Assembly: GCA_951406725.2 (NCBI GenBank)
Contig: OX597815.1
Location: 121,334,001-121,398,000 of the forward strand
From: Octopus vulgaris
Lineage: Eukaryota
Reading direction: 5' to 3'
DNA length: 64,000 bases
Shown here: positions 11,835-24,810 of the stretch, piece after piece
Position numbering within the stretch: the stretch's first letter is position 1
Layout: every line of letters begins with the position of its first letter
Program-made: the position numbers and the translations under genes
Notes under the pieces: model-generated
What the model saw: the letters and a program-made list of their open reading frames with translations, nothing else
Databases searched by the model: none
Told to the model about the DNA's origin: nothing

Positions 11835-12330
11835 TGGTGGCCAATGGAACCACCTCAATGAAAACACAAATAGTGAGTAGTATTCTACAGAGCACTGTCT
11901 TGGGACAACTGCTTTTCATAGTGGCCCTCTCAGATATGCCCTCAACTGCCTGGATAGCCACCCTTGCTAGGTATGCAGATACTATGGAAGTCTCACAGAA
12001 AATACAGACCCCCAGTGATGTTGCACACCTGCAACAGGAGTTGAACTCAATTTACAGATGGGCTGAGGATAATAGCATGCAGTTTAATGCTGAAAAACTC
12101 CAAGCCCTCTGCTGCCAGCATCCAAAACTGACTATAAAACTTACAGGGTACACTGGTCCACAGGGGATTTCAGTCTCAGAGCCTAAATCAGTGAGGGACT
12201 TGGGTTAAACATGAGTGATGATACCTCTTTCCAAGTGCACATTACCAGGATGGCAACAAATTGTAGACAACTAGTTGGATGGATTCTGAGAACGTTCAGA
12301 ACCAGAGAGAAGGAAACCATGATGGTCCTC
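11835..12330 (+). mobile_element. CR1/L2-group LINE RT fragment
   Basis: [50 protein letters not shown]; decayed. Confidence 0.85.
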
Positions 12331-12567
12331 TGCCATTTATTGAAATTGATATTAAAGGCAAAGGTTATGCATCAGAAGATGTATATTGGTTAACTGTTTT
12401 TGAAATAATCAATCATCATTGTTAGTTTTTTTCACAATTAAAACCTGGATACTCTTTGGGGAGACATTAGTCTTTATCATACCAGTTTTCAATAAAGGAC
12501 TCGTTTTCAAAGAATAAAATGCTTATCAGTAAAGTATCAATTCATGCTCCTTTTGCCATTGCTTTAA

Positions 12568-12760
12568 CCCTTTTGTTACCATATTTCTGTTGGGATGCTC
12601 TGTGTTTCTTCCAATTATTTTAAATATAACAAAGAATTTACTAAAATAACTCAGTTATCATTAACATAAATTGTGGAAGATTTTAATTCAAAACTTATGA
12701 AAACAAGACATTTGTACTAGAGAGCCAGAGCCAGTTTCAGCCAGCTTGGTAATGAATGGG
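12568..12760. mobile_element. piggyBac-like MITE (TTAA TSD); a related copy lies in opposite orientation at ~53650-53876
   Basis: TTAA|cccttttgttacca ... tggtaatgaatggg|TTAA. Confidence 0.75.
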
Positions 12761-12766
12761 TTAAAC

Positions 12767-13021
12767 CAATCCTTCTCAACCATTTTTTATTTATGGGCCC
12801 CTTTGATTCATATTTTATTTGGGCGGCCCTTCATAACCAATTGATGTTTTAAAAAATCCTATTATATTTTTATTATTAAATATTATAAGAAATTGCGTAA
12901 AAATTTTTTTTTAACATCTTGTGTCTTGTAGAAGTACAAACAATTTATTGCACATAAATTTTAATGACAAAATTTTATGTGAATCCCCAAAGATCATGTG
13001 GACCCTGGTTGAGAACCACTG
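12767..13021. mobile_element. hAT (Charlie-like) MITE
   Basis: TIRs caatccttctcaacc / ggttgagaaccactg. Right flank ctctagac fits the Charlie NTCTAGAN target. Confidence 0.7.
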
Positions 13022-14904
13022 CTCTAGACAATGGCACAAAAATAATACAGATCACCATATTCTTGTTTGAATCATCTAGATTGTACTGAGAATGAATAGA
13101 TAACATTATCATTTGAATCCTTGTGTTTTGTGTGCACCTCATGAATTATTAAAATTTTTTTTTTTTTTTCAGAATAAAATTAACTAGGAATAATCTTGCT
13201 TCACGATTTTTATGAAAGCACTTAACAATTTAAGGAGAGTTTATAAGCATAGTAATTAGATACAAATTGAGAATGTAAGTAAAATGCTATTAGATATAAT
13301 CCCCATATTATTGGGAAGAAAGGCAAAACTTTGTCTCAGCTGTAAAAGTAAAAGTACACAAAGCTTATCTTTTGTTGAAACTTTGATGCTGTTATAATTA
13401 TAATAGTGAAGAGTAACTACTAATGGTAGTATCTCTTGTTATTTTCTTATGTTGAAGGAACCATAGCAATTATAGGGGATGTAGATTTAATCAAATTTAT
13501 ATTAATGACAAATGAGGTACAAGTAAGATTTTCTGTACTTTGTATTTCCTGAGTTGATTTATAATAATCATTATTATTTATTGTGGTTGTAACACTTGAC
13601 TTAGCAGTAGAATCTGAAGCAAACCACAAATGTTGTAAAAATGGCACTCAGAGACTTAGTATCATTGTTATAATTACTTTTATTTTATCAGTTTAGCACA
13701 CCTTTGAATAATGACTCTTTTCCCACGTGAATAACAAAAAGATTCTTTTCCAAAACAATTCTGCCATTTATGAATTTCCTCACAGTAAAAAAAAAATGTA
13801 TTTATAATCCTTCCTAATCACAGCACGATGGAGAGAATCATGAAAATTATGTGGATCCTATTGTGAAGGTCGAAAATTATGTGGATCATATTGTAAAGGT
13901 CTAATATCAAATTAACAGAAAATGTTGTTGATTGCAAATAATGGCAAATGGCAATCATCTGAGGCTGTTCTAATGCTAGCAATTGTTATATTGCATCATC
14001 TAACTTGAGTTTAGTATTTTCAAGTAAGCTTTGATATATAAACATTCTCTTGTTAACCTTTAATGAAGGCAACCTGTCTACTTTCTTCACAATATTCAAT
14101 GGTAACTACTATTTTAAAACAACAGTCTCAGCTTATATGTTACAAAGTGTAAATAAATTTTGTGAAAGATTCTGATGCTTGAGGTTTATCTGTTGCCAAT
14201 ATGTGATGGGCAAAACCAATATTTTGGGCATTTACTTTAGAGAGACTGTTCATTAATGAATGCAGTAAAAGCATTAAATTATGTATATTCATAACTGTTT
14301 ATTAATAAGAAATTCCTATTTTTCTCTGTCATTGTGACATTGCTTAAAAAAATCTTGAAATGTGTATTAGCAAAGTGACCACTTTACCTGAGCTTACAAA
14401 TTAGATGCAATGATATAAGATAATTTTGACTGTAAAACCGTGTCTATTATTTTGTGCTTAGCTGAAAGAGTTTGCTTCAGATCGTTTATATATCCTTGTG
14501 ACTATTACCTCACATTTGTATGCAAGATATGTCCTTCACTGACAATGTAGAAATCAAGCAGAAATTATTCCCATAGCAACACTACAACTTCTCGTCTTTT
14601 ATTGCTTGTATTAAAAAGGATTTTTCTATCCCTGTTTATCAGCAGTAACAACAGTGATAGTTGTAATAGTAACAATAGTAATTGTAATAATAATGATGTA
14701 TTTTTCTGATCTTGGCACGAGGTCAGGAATTTTGAGTGGCTGGGGAAGTTAATTACATCAACCCCAGTGCTCAACTGGTACTTATTTCATCGACCCTGTA
14801 AAGAGGAAAAGCAAAGTCAACCTCAGCAGCTTCTGAACTCAGAACAAAAAGCCAGACAAAATGCCACTAAACAGTTTGGTAAAGATTCTGACAGCTCACC
14901 ATAA

Positions 14905-14941
<37 letters not shown>

Positions 14942-15940
14942 AATAATAATAATAATAATAATAACAATAAGAAGAGTGCGGCTGTTATCAAATAAACAAT
15001 ATTTTAACACTTCGTGTGTCTTCCACAAGTTCAAAATAATCATTATTGTTTCTTTACTTTCTGGAGGAGTAACATCAATCCTTAAATATCATCAAAATGA
15101 TATTATTAATAATAATAACAATAATGATGATGATGATGATAAATACCCTGATGCAGTAACAGGCAGTGGTTCTCATGGCTATTGATCTTAACTGATTGGA
15201 AGTGCTATCATGCACATTGTTTTGTCTTAGTATAAAATATGGGCTACATCAAATATTCTGCTCAATACTACAGATTTGCTTGTCAGTTGCTTCATCTTAA
15301 CCAGTTGAGCATGTCCTTTAGTAGCTGATGATATGTGCATCTCTGATCAGGAGCAGAAGCAATGGGGGAGCATCATAGCCATGTGTTGAGAGAAATTCTT
15401 TGGGGCTTGGATAATTCTCGTTTGGAAACATGGGTATTTTGTTCATCATCCTTAAACAACCCTTATTCAAGGACCATTTGAGCAGGATGGGCTACTCAAC
15501 TTGAAGAAAATTCTAACTGGGCTCCACCTGCAAGGTCATGCATTGTTTATCTTGATATGAGATCACTATGTTGCACACATATAGTTGTGATGTATATGCC
15601 TGATGTACCCTTATTAGACGGATAGTCATGATGGGTATACTGAATTTCATATATTTTACCCTAGTTTCATTTTGATGGCATGCACTACTCTCTCATTCAA
15701 TAACAATAATGATAATAATCATTTCAAATTTTGGCATAAGGCCAGCAAATTCAGGGAGGGGATATGTCAATTACATCAACCTCAGTACTCAAGTGGTACT
15801 TATTTTATCGATCCCAAAATGATGAAAGGCAAAGTTGACCTTGGCAGAATTTGAACTCAGAACATAAGGATGGATGAAATGCTGCTAAGCACTTTGACCG
15901 GTATGCTAATGATTCTGCAAAGCTAACCATCTTAATAGTG

Positions 15941-16015
<75 letters not shown>

Positions 16016-16020
16016 GTAAC

Positions 16021-16064
<44 letters not shown>

Positions 16065-16087
16065 TAATAATAATGATAATAATAATA

Positions 16088-16385
16088 AAAAGTTGAGAGA
16101 TATAACAGGTTAGCTTGGGAAGTTAAGCAGTTGTGGTCAATGAAAAAGGTAGCAGTAGTACCAGTAATTGTCGGAGCCCTGGGAACTGAGTAAAAATCTC
16201 GAGAAATATGTGGAGCAAATAGAGGCTGCAATAAGGGTGGAGCACTTGCAGAAAACAGCACTGCTTGGAACCACTCAAATAGTCCAGAAGGTGCTAAAAA
16301 AATAAGAGGTGTTACTTTAGTTCACTGGTAGTGAACAGCTGACACTGTAGTACATCTCCAGTGTTAAAAACTGTGCAAAGACAAT
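16088..16385 (+). mobile_element. R4/Dong-like (restriction-like endonuclease) non-LTR 3' fragment next to (TAA)n
   Basis: Reads KVERYNRLAWEVKQLWSMKKVAVVPVIVGALGT, then LQKTALLGT. It follows a long (TAA)n. Confidence 0.75.
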
Positions 16386-16699
16386 GAGGATGATGATGAT
16401 GATGATGATGATAATGATAATATTTTCTACTGTAGGCACAGGGCCTAAAATTTGGAGGGAAGGGGCAAGTTGATTACATCAACCCCAGAGATAAACTAGT
16501 GCTTATTTTATCGATCCCAAAAGGATGAGAAACAAACTTTACCCCACTGGCATTTGAACACAGAGTGTAAAGAGCCAGAAAAATTGTTGCTAAGCATTTT
16601 GTCTGGCAGGATAACAACTCTACCAGCTCACTTCCTCAATAATAACACTAATGTTAATAACAATGACAGCAATGATGATGATGATGATGATGATGATGA

Positions 16700-16980
16700 T
16701 AGCCTAAATACAGAAACAATCCCTATAATAACAGGTGCATTAGGTATGATTAAAAAAACATTCAGACATACATAACCAAAACACCATGACTTATGAATAA
16801 ATAACATACAGAAAGTAGCACTACTAGGCATCACACACATCCTATGTAAAGCACTTTTAATACAGTGAAAATAACAACATCAAAACAAGCCACAGCACAT
16901 ACCCAAGGCACACAAATCTGCACTTGACAGTGCAGAGAAAGCATATGATAAAACTAAGACTACTGAATAATAATTATAAT
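16700..16980 (+). mobile_element. Second R4/Dong-like 3' fragment
   Basis: TETIPIITGALGMIKK ... IQKVALLGITHIL, ending in aataataat. Confidence 0.7.
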
Positions 16981-18599
16981 AAACTCCTTCATATGAATCC
17001 ATTGAAATGTCTAACAACTTGCTGAATAAATTACTACATAGAAAAAAATATTTCCAAATATTTTATTCTATGATTCAAGTCTGCTGTCATTCCTGTAAGC
17101 AATTCTTATTTGACTATCAAGTTAGTACATGCTTCTTCCTCTCCTCTTACCACATATACATATGCCTATGGCTAATATTATATTTAAAACTTTACAGACA
17201 TGCACATATGACAAATTTCACATTTCACAGCAGTTATGTCATTAATGTTTTCCCTGAAGAGATGAGTGATATAAGTAGAGTGAAATTGCTACACTTAGAA
17301 ACAGAATCTAGACTAAGACATACCTGAAACTTATGTTCCATCTGCATTATAATAATTAAATATTTATGTCCACTGCAAAACCAGTCAATGTAATTGCAAT
17401 AGTAAATTATATATTTCCAGAAAGTAAATATATTTTCTGAACCAAATGTAATAAAACGCTCCTTGTGTGAAATACTTTCAGAACTTACAACACATTTAGT
17501 TCATCCGATTATGGCTATTTTATTTGTACTTTACATCCATTTTGCCCATGATATTATTATCAATATAATTATTGATGTTGGAAGTTTTACAAATTTAGCT
17601 GATTCTGAAAAGACCTTTATAGGAGAATATACAATCTAAGGCCTAATTCTCAAATCAGTTGGCTATTAAATTCTTCCTTAACAATACAATGATTGGGTTT
17701 GGTTCCATGTTGTGAATGGATTTTTAGTTAGTATTACACTAAGTTTTATAATTCAGGATCTCTATCTCTGTAGTTTTATTTATATCAAATAAATAACCCA
17801 TTTGGTATAGGAGTACATTAAAATATTATAACCATTCAGTGTGTTAAGGAAATGTCACCTTGACAAAGACATTCCTATTTATCATGGCCAAGTTCAGAAA
17901 CACATTTAAAGAGCTTAAGTTTTAAGAATTTTTTCATAGTGACTGAGAATTAACTGATTGCTTTATGATATATAAGATAAGACAGTGATTCTGAATCTTT
18001 TTTATTTTCTGGTGTGATGGAGATTAAATAAAAAGAAAATTATTGGTTTACTTCACATAGAAAGTTTAAAAAATGAAGTTTTAAAGTGAAATATTAGAAA
18101 AAATATAGAGAAAAACTAATATCTACCTGTTTTATTAATCATGCTTCTGTGTAAAAAAAAAACTATTATAAATAACATACTTTTCACAACACCCAAATAT
18201 TAATATACATTTTTTAAAGCCTTAAATTCTATTTTTAAAAAGCCACCATGCCCCTTGATAATCATTACTGTGCATTAGTGCACAATAATGCTTCATTTGA
18301 GAACTACAAAAATTAGGTGTCAAGTGATTTGTGATAATGTTGTAATATTAAATATTATAAAGGTGATGAGCTGGCAGAATCATTAGCACACCAGACAAAA
18401 TGCTTAGCAGCATTTCTTCTAGTTTTATATTCTGAGTTCAGATTCTGCTGAGGTTGACGTTGCCATTCATCCTTTCAGGGTTGATAAACTAAGTACCACT
18501 TGAGCACTGGAGTCAGTGTAATTGACTAGCCCTCATCCTCAAAATTTCAAGCCTTGTGCCTATAGTAGAAAGAATCATCAAATATTACATTCTGTAAAG

Positions 18600-19465
18600 T
18601 AGAATAAAAAACTTCCGGAATTAAGACAGATACTACTTGAAAGAAAGGACTCATCTACACTAACAGAGAATGGAATGGAATGTGCCAAAGCAATAGATAC
18701 TAAAGAATTGCAAAAGGCCAAAAGCGGTTCAGATACACCCCAAACTCTGTCTTTTATTACAACTCACAACCCAAGTAAAACAGAAACATTCAGCATTATC
18801 CATCAGAACATTCTAAGAATGAAAAAAATCATTTGAGTCATGCAAAATAATCGAATCTAAAAGATGACAAAAATCCCCCCACCCCCAATGCTTACCAGTG
18901 CAAAACTACCAACTTCATACTCAATTCCAACAATTCAAAAGTGTAGCCACTCTAATTGTGGAACTTGTACCAATCTTATTGACAACACATCATATAAATT
19001 TAAATCAGGATAAGTTTTTATGGTGAAAAAACATTTTTCTTGTTCTTTAAAAAATTTGATATATACCTTCAAATGCATTGGAAGCAGTAAAGAATACAAT
19101 GAACATATCAAACACTTTAAAAATGAGATTAACAATTCATCAACAACAAATGCAAGATGCCTGGACTAGAAAAATCCCACTCAGTGCACATTTGGACACA
19201 TGCACAACAGCCAAATCTCATAAATTCCTAGTCTTCCCACTTTATCTATTACAGACCAAACACAAATAAATAAAGAGAGTTTGTTTATTAAAAACTAAAA
19301 GCCACAGCAGAACAGGCAATAAAACTATCATTAATATTCAATTTGCCATTTGCTATGGATGTTATCCATGGTTGTATTTTATATCCCTGCTGATGAAAAT
19401 GATTCATATCCCTCTTTTTAAGTTCATTAATTATACTTTGATTTTGATCATAGTAACTTTCAGTT
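18600..19465 (+). mobile_element. PLE remnant (linker, GIY-YIG endonuclease, 3' UTR with degenerate HHR)
   Basis: FITTHNP, CSHSNCGTC, KNLIYTFKC, LKMRLTIHQQQM..LSAHLDTC. 19387-19463 reads ctg-CTGATGA-aaatgat...atcata-GTAACTTT-cag. Confidence 0.7.
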
Positions 19466-19902
19466 GCCTTCATTTCTGAATGTCATGACATATCTACTGG
19501 AATAAAGTTTCGGCACAATCTTCTCACACAGCTGTCATATTACTATCCTCAACTAATCAATCTCTCCTTTAACTGATAGGAAACAGAGCCACATTCTCTC
19601 AATAAAAACAAATGATTTTGAAAACAATGGCTCGGAAAGATACAGTTTGTGACACACCTTCATATTCCTCATAATGTACACTTTTAAAAATCAACAAATC
19701 AACAGTTAAGCATGAATAAATATCCATATTTTAAAATTTAAATATATCTTTATGCATTCTCTATGCATTTTCAACTTCATTTATTTCTTCTAAACTACTA
19801 CTTGTTTGGATTAGCGACAATCCATATATGTATGTGTTTATATATACATATACGTATGTATGTATGCATGCATATATATATGTGTGTGTGTATGTATGTA
19901 TG

Positions 19903-19936
<34 letters not shown>

Positions 19937-19958
19937 TGTATGTATGTATGTATGTATG

Positions 19959-20009
<51 letters not shown>

Positions 20010-20177
20010 TCCATGCCAGCATAGAATGAGGATGTTAAACGATGATGATGATATATATATCATCGTCATTGTTTACACAAATGCACACACACACATGCAC
20101 ATATATATATATAAAATCATATATATATATATATATGTATGTGTGCTTGTATGTGTGTATGTATATAGATGTGCAAG

Positions 20178-20228
<51 letters not shown>

Positions 20229-20288
20229 CATATATATATACATATATATATACATATATATATATACATATATATATACATATATATG

Positions 20289-20347
<59 letters not shown>

Positions 20348-21426
20348 ATTTATATATTTATAGAGATATATGTGCATGTGTGTGTAGCAATAATGCCAGA
20401 GGAAGACCGAGGAAGACCAAAGAAAGCTAAAGACAGGGAAGGAAGTAGTGATGTCATATCTCAGGATATTGGTTTTCACAAACAAGATGACACAGGATCA
20501 AGCTTAGTTGAAATTTACTGTATTATAGAAACATCAAACCAGTGCAATCATATGAATATGCTGCTGCAGCTGCTGCTAATGACAACTATGATGATGATGG
20601 TGATGATGACAATGACAATGATTATGAATATGATGATGATGATGATAATGATGACAATGACGACGATGATGGCGACAACAACAACAACGACAATGATGAT
20701 GAGAAGGAGGAGGAGGAAGAGGAGGAGGAGGAGGATAAGATTCATGAACGTTGGTGCAGTGGTGATGATGGTGAGGAGGAGGAGGAGAAGCAGGAGGAGC
20801 AGAAGGAGTAGGAGGGATAGCCATGATGATGATGATGATGATGATGACCATGACAACAATGACAACATTGATGATGATGATGATGATGATGATGGTGCTG
20901 GTGGTGCTGGTGCTGCTGGTGGTGGTGGTGGTGGTGGTGGTAGCGGTGGCGGTAGTTGTGGTGATGTTTTGTTCTGTTTTATACATCATTAATCTCTCTT
21001 TCGCTATGTTTCAATTTTAGCTGATAATCATTTATAATCTGTTTACCTGTTGAAGTTTATTGTTCTACATTGTTCTGTGTAATCACACTATTACAAGATG
21101 TCTTATATGTTTCAGGCTTCTTAACTTTTGCTAAAGCTAGGAAACACTGGCCACCTTCTGCACTGTCTTTCATATTACATTGACGGCTATATCTTTGCCA
21201 GGCATGGCTGTGTGGTAGGAAGCTCGCTTCCCAACCACAAAGTTACTTGTTCAGCCCCACTGCATGGCACTTTGAGCAAATATCTTCTACTAGAGCACCA
21301 AGCTGACCAAATACTTGTGAGTTGATTTAATAGGCAGAAACTGAAATTAGCCTCCCGTATATATCTTTTATCGTTAACTTGTTTCAGTCACAGGACTGTA
21401 GCCACACTGGGTAAAAAAAGGACTGA

Positions 21427-21680
21427 AGTTCTATATTTAAGAGATGATGAATTATGTACATTATTTACATTATTTACATTTGATGGATATTTGCCCTTGT
21501 CTTGTTTGTTGTTAACACGACATTTCAGTTGATATACCCTCCAGCCTTTTTCTATATTTCTGATGAAGAGCTCCACTCGAAACATGAAATCATCTTTCTT
21601 TTCTTTCCTTTCCTGAGCATCGACTAACACTGTACTTATTTCACGTCCTTGCGCTGTAGTTTTTTCTTGTTTGTTCATAT
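21427..21680. mobile_element. Back-to-back fragments of two HHR-bearing repeat families
   Basis: 21427-21546 (-) is the 3' part of the 24050/33230 family (ggctggagggtatatcaact-GAAATGTC-gtgtt). 21556-21590 (+) reads attt-CTGATGA-a-gag ctcca ctc-GAAACATG-aaat, the same family as 44999. Confidence 0.7.
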
Positions 21681-21689
21681 TTAGATTGA

Positions 21690-21727
<38 letters not shown>

Positions 21728-22329
21728 GTATATATCTATGTATATATCTATGTGTGTGCCTGTTCCCTGCCACTGCTTTGCAACTGGATTTTATTCATTT
21801 ACATTACTGTAACATTACTATAGCAGTTTGATAAAGAAACTGATAAAATAATTACAGATAAGTACCAAACTTAAAAAACGAATAATTATTTGGGCTGAGT
21901 TGTTTGACAAAACACTTGAAGGTAGTGCCCCAGCATGACCACAGCTCAATGACTGAAACAAGTAAATGATAAAGGAATAAATAAATAAAAAATTAAATAA
22001 GTAAATGCAGAAAGAAACAAATTAGAGATTTCATTAACAATTACACGTTGAAAGAATAAACCATGAAAGTCAAGATTTTAAAGCCAGTAGCCAGGAAAGC
22101 AGGTGGTGGTGGTGCTGGCAGTAGTGGCACCCATGGCAGTGGCAGCCATAGCAGTGGCAGCAGTAGTGATGATGGTGATGGTGATGGTGGTGGCAGTGGC
22201 AGTGGTGGTAGTGGAAGTGATAGGGACTTTTTGATTTCGGGGACGTTGACATAAATTGCACAAAGGTGTCTTGCCAATTAGAACTCTTGCAGAACTCATT
22301 GTCGACAATGCAAGTCTTACAAGCAAGAA

Positions 22330-22640
22330 ATTTAATAAAGGCAACTTCCTATTATAGAACTACTTACTCAACCCAGATTGGCAATATACCAACATGATAA
22401 TGCTCCTGCTTATTCTGACAAATTAGTCAAAATTAGGATGTCGTTTTTAAACACTATTGAACATTTATAGTGGCAACTCCATTGAATTGCAGCTGAATTG
22501 AAGAGCTTTTCTAAAAATGCAGGTAATTTTTATTTGAAATAGTTCAGGAAGAATGGTAGGAATTAGGGTATACATTATTGAAAACACTTGCTGCTAGTAT
22601 GATTATAAAATATGAAAAGAGGATTATTGATAGAAGTGAA
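22330..22640 (+). mobile_element. Highly decayed Tc1/mariner transposase fragment
   Basis: caacatgataatgctcctgcttat translates as QHDNAPAY (compare the HDNAPxH motif). Little else is recognisable. Confidence 0.45.
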
Positions 22641-23222
22641 TAGAAGCATTGATAATTAAATTTTCGTTATGAAGAAACATTATTCCTGATTTTTTTTAAA
22701 ATTCTGAATACAATAAATGATTTGCTTTCAACAATTCTCACAAAAAAAGTGGACATTTAATTTTTTTTTTAATGAAGAATTTTGAAGGAAGAGAAAGAAG
22801 AGTCACACATGCACACACACACACATGCACACACACACACACACATACACACACATACACACATGCAACATATGCACATGTACATAGATACATATATTTT
22901 TTTATTTTCATTTTTTAAATTTTATCTAGTTTCAGCTCATGAGCTGTGGCCATGCCGGGGCACTACCACACACACACATATATATATATACACATACATA
23001 TATATACACATGTATTTGTACGTATATATATATATTATAATATATACCCAGTCATGGCAGTGTGTATAGTTAAGAAGTTTATTATGCAGTCATATGGATT
23101 CATATTCTTTCTCACTGTGAGACACCTTGAACAAGTGTCTTCTACTACAGCACTGAGCAAACCAAAGCCTTATAAGTGGCTTTAGTAGACAGAAACTCAA
23201 AGAAGCCTCTTGTGCAGGTGTG

Positions 23223-23285
23223 TCTGTGTGTGAACAAGCGAGTGAGTGTGTGAACAAGCGAGTGAGTGTGTGAACAAGCGAGTGT
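23223..23285. repeat. 20-bp minisatellite x3 (gtgtgtgaacaagcgagtga)
   Basis: Direct reading. Confidence 0.85.
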
Positions 23286-23930
23286 GTGTGTGCACAAGAG
23301 TGTATGTGTATATGTGTGTATGTGTGCATATGCATGTGTGTGTGCATGTGTTTGTGTGTGTGTGTGAATGCTTATGTGTGCGTTTGTGTGTATCTGTGTA
23401 CGTAAACGCTTATGTGTGTGTATATGAATGCTTATGTGTGTCAGTTTACGTGTGTGTGTATGAATGCTTATGTGTGTCAGTTTATGTGTGTTTGTGTGTG
23501 TGTGTGTTGGTGGGGGGTGCTGCAAGTTTGCATATATTTATGCCTCTGAAAAGTCAATGACCTACTACTGATGATGTCATTTTTCATGTCAGCAAATCTC
23601 TTGTTGAAGTTTCATCTTCAAAGAAGTGTGGAATAAGCATACCCTAACAAGAAAAAAAGATAAGGGTTGATGACAAGAAGGGTACCCAGCTTTAAAACAA
23701 TATCACAATAACATATTTGTCTAACTCATGCTGGCATGGAAAACAAACAAATAAAGGAAATTATATACACACGCGCATACATGTGTGTGTGTGTGTGTTT
23801 GCCTGTGTGAGCAATCGTTGGAAGATTATCCAAAAATGTAGGTTTCATACATGGTAGATGCACTGGGGAAGTTCATACTAACACACTGGAAACTGAGTCT
23901 CTTAAATGCCCAGACAACTCACTAGAATTA

Positions 23931-24214
23931 CAGTTCTATATTTAAACCCATGGGCATATGGCATAGTGGTTAAGAGCAAGGGCTACTAACCCCAAGATTC
24001 CAAGTTTGATTCCAGGCAGTGACCTGAATATTAATAATAATAATAATAATAATAACATTGAAAAATACCTTAGCAATGAGAACCCAGGTTCGGAATTTCC
24101 CCAAGACACCTGATAAACGCTGGAGGGTATATCAACTGAAACGTTGTGCTAACAACAAACACGATGAGGACAAATATCCATCAAATGTAAATAGTGTAAA
24201 TAATGTAAATAATG
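23931..24214 (+). mobile_element. tRNA-headed (Pol III) HHR-containing short retroelement with TSD
   Basis: TSD tcactagaatta (23919-23930 / 24215-24226). Short inverted 3' tail cagttctatatttaa, tRNA-like head 23952-24024 (A box TGGCATAGTGG, B box GTTTGATTCC), (TAA)n spacer, degenerate HHR 24105-24150. Confidence 0.8.
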
Positions 24215-24279
24215 TCACTAGAATTAGTTGATAGCTTTTGCTACTTGTGGAATGTAATTAACTAGGGAGATGGCTTCAC

Positions 24280-24810
24280 CAAAAGCATAGTAACCAGCAT
24301 ATGAAAGGGCTGGGAAAAGTTCAATCAGTTACTGCAGCTGTTGGCAATAAAGGTCTTTTCTCTCAGAGAGAAAGGCAGATTGTATGATACTTGTGTTAGA
24401 ATGGTAATGAGACATGGTAGTGAGACATGGGCCTTGAATACAGAGGGCAAGAAAAGACTTGAGAGAAATGAAACTAGCATGATCCATTGGAAGTGCAATG
24501 TAAGTGCATGGACATCATAGGATAAGTGCACAAAGAGCAAAGTTGGACATAAGAAGCATCAGATGTGGTGTCCAAGAGAGACAATGGCACTGGTATGATC
24601 ATGTGATGTGTATGGATGAGGACAGCTGTGTGAAGAAGTGTCACCCCCTAACAGTGGAGGGAATCTGTGAAAGAGGTAGACCCAGGAAGACATGGGATGA
24701 AGTGATGAAGCACAACCTTTAAACATTGGGCATCACAGAGGTAATGACAAGTGACTGAGACCTTTGGAGATATGCTGTGCTTGAGAGGACCCAGAAAGCC
24801 AAGTGAAATT
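24280..24810 (+). mobile_element. RTE-group LINE 3' fragment
   Basis: RLYDTCVR..HGSETWAL..RLERNETSMI..RQWHWYDHVMCMDEDSCVKKC..GRPRKTW, followed by the family C tail. Confidence 0.85.

Noticed and set aside
19763-21020. Long ORFs (200-316 aa) with YI/VC/MMM/DDD runs; similar ORFs occur throughout the window
   Set aside because: They are stop-free di-, tri- and tetranucleotide repeats, not genes.
23952-24024. Possible tRNA gene
   Set aside because: The acceptor and T stems pair poorly, there is no oligo-T terminator, and it lies inside a TSD-bounded repeat. Treated as a SINE-type head.
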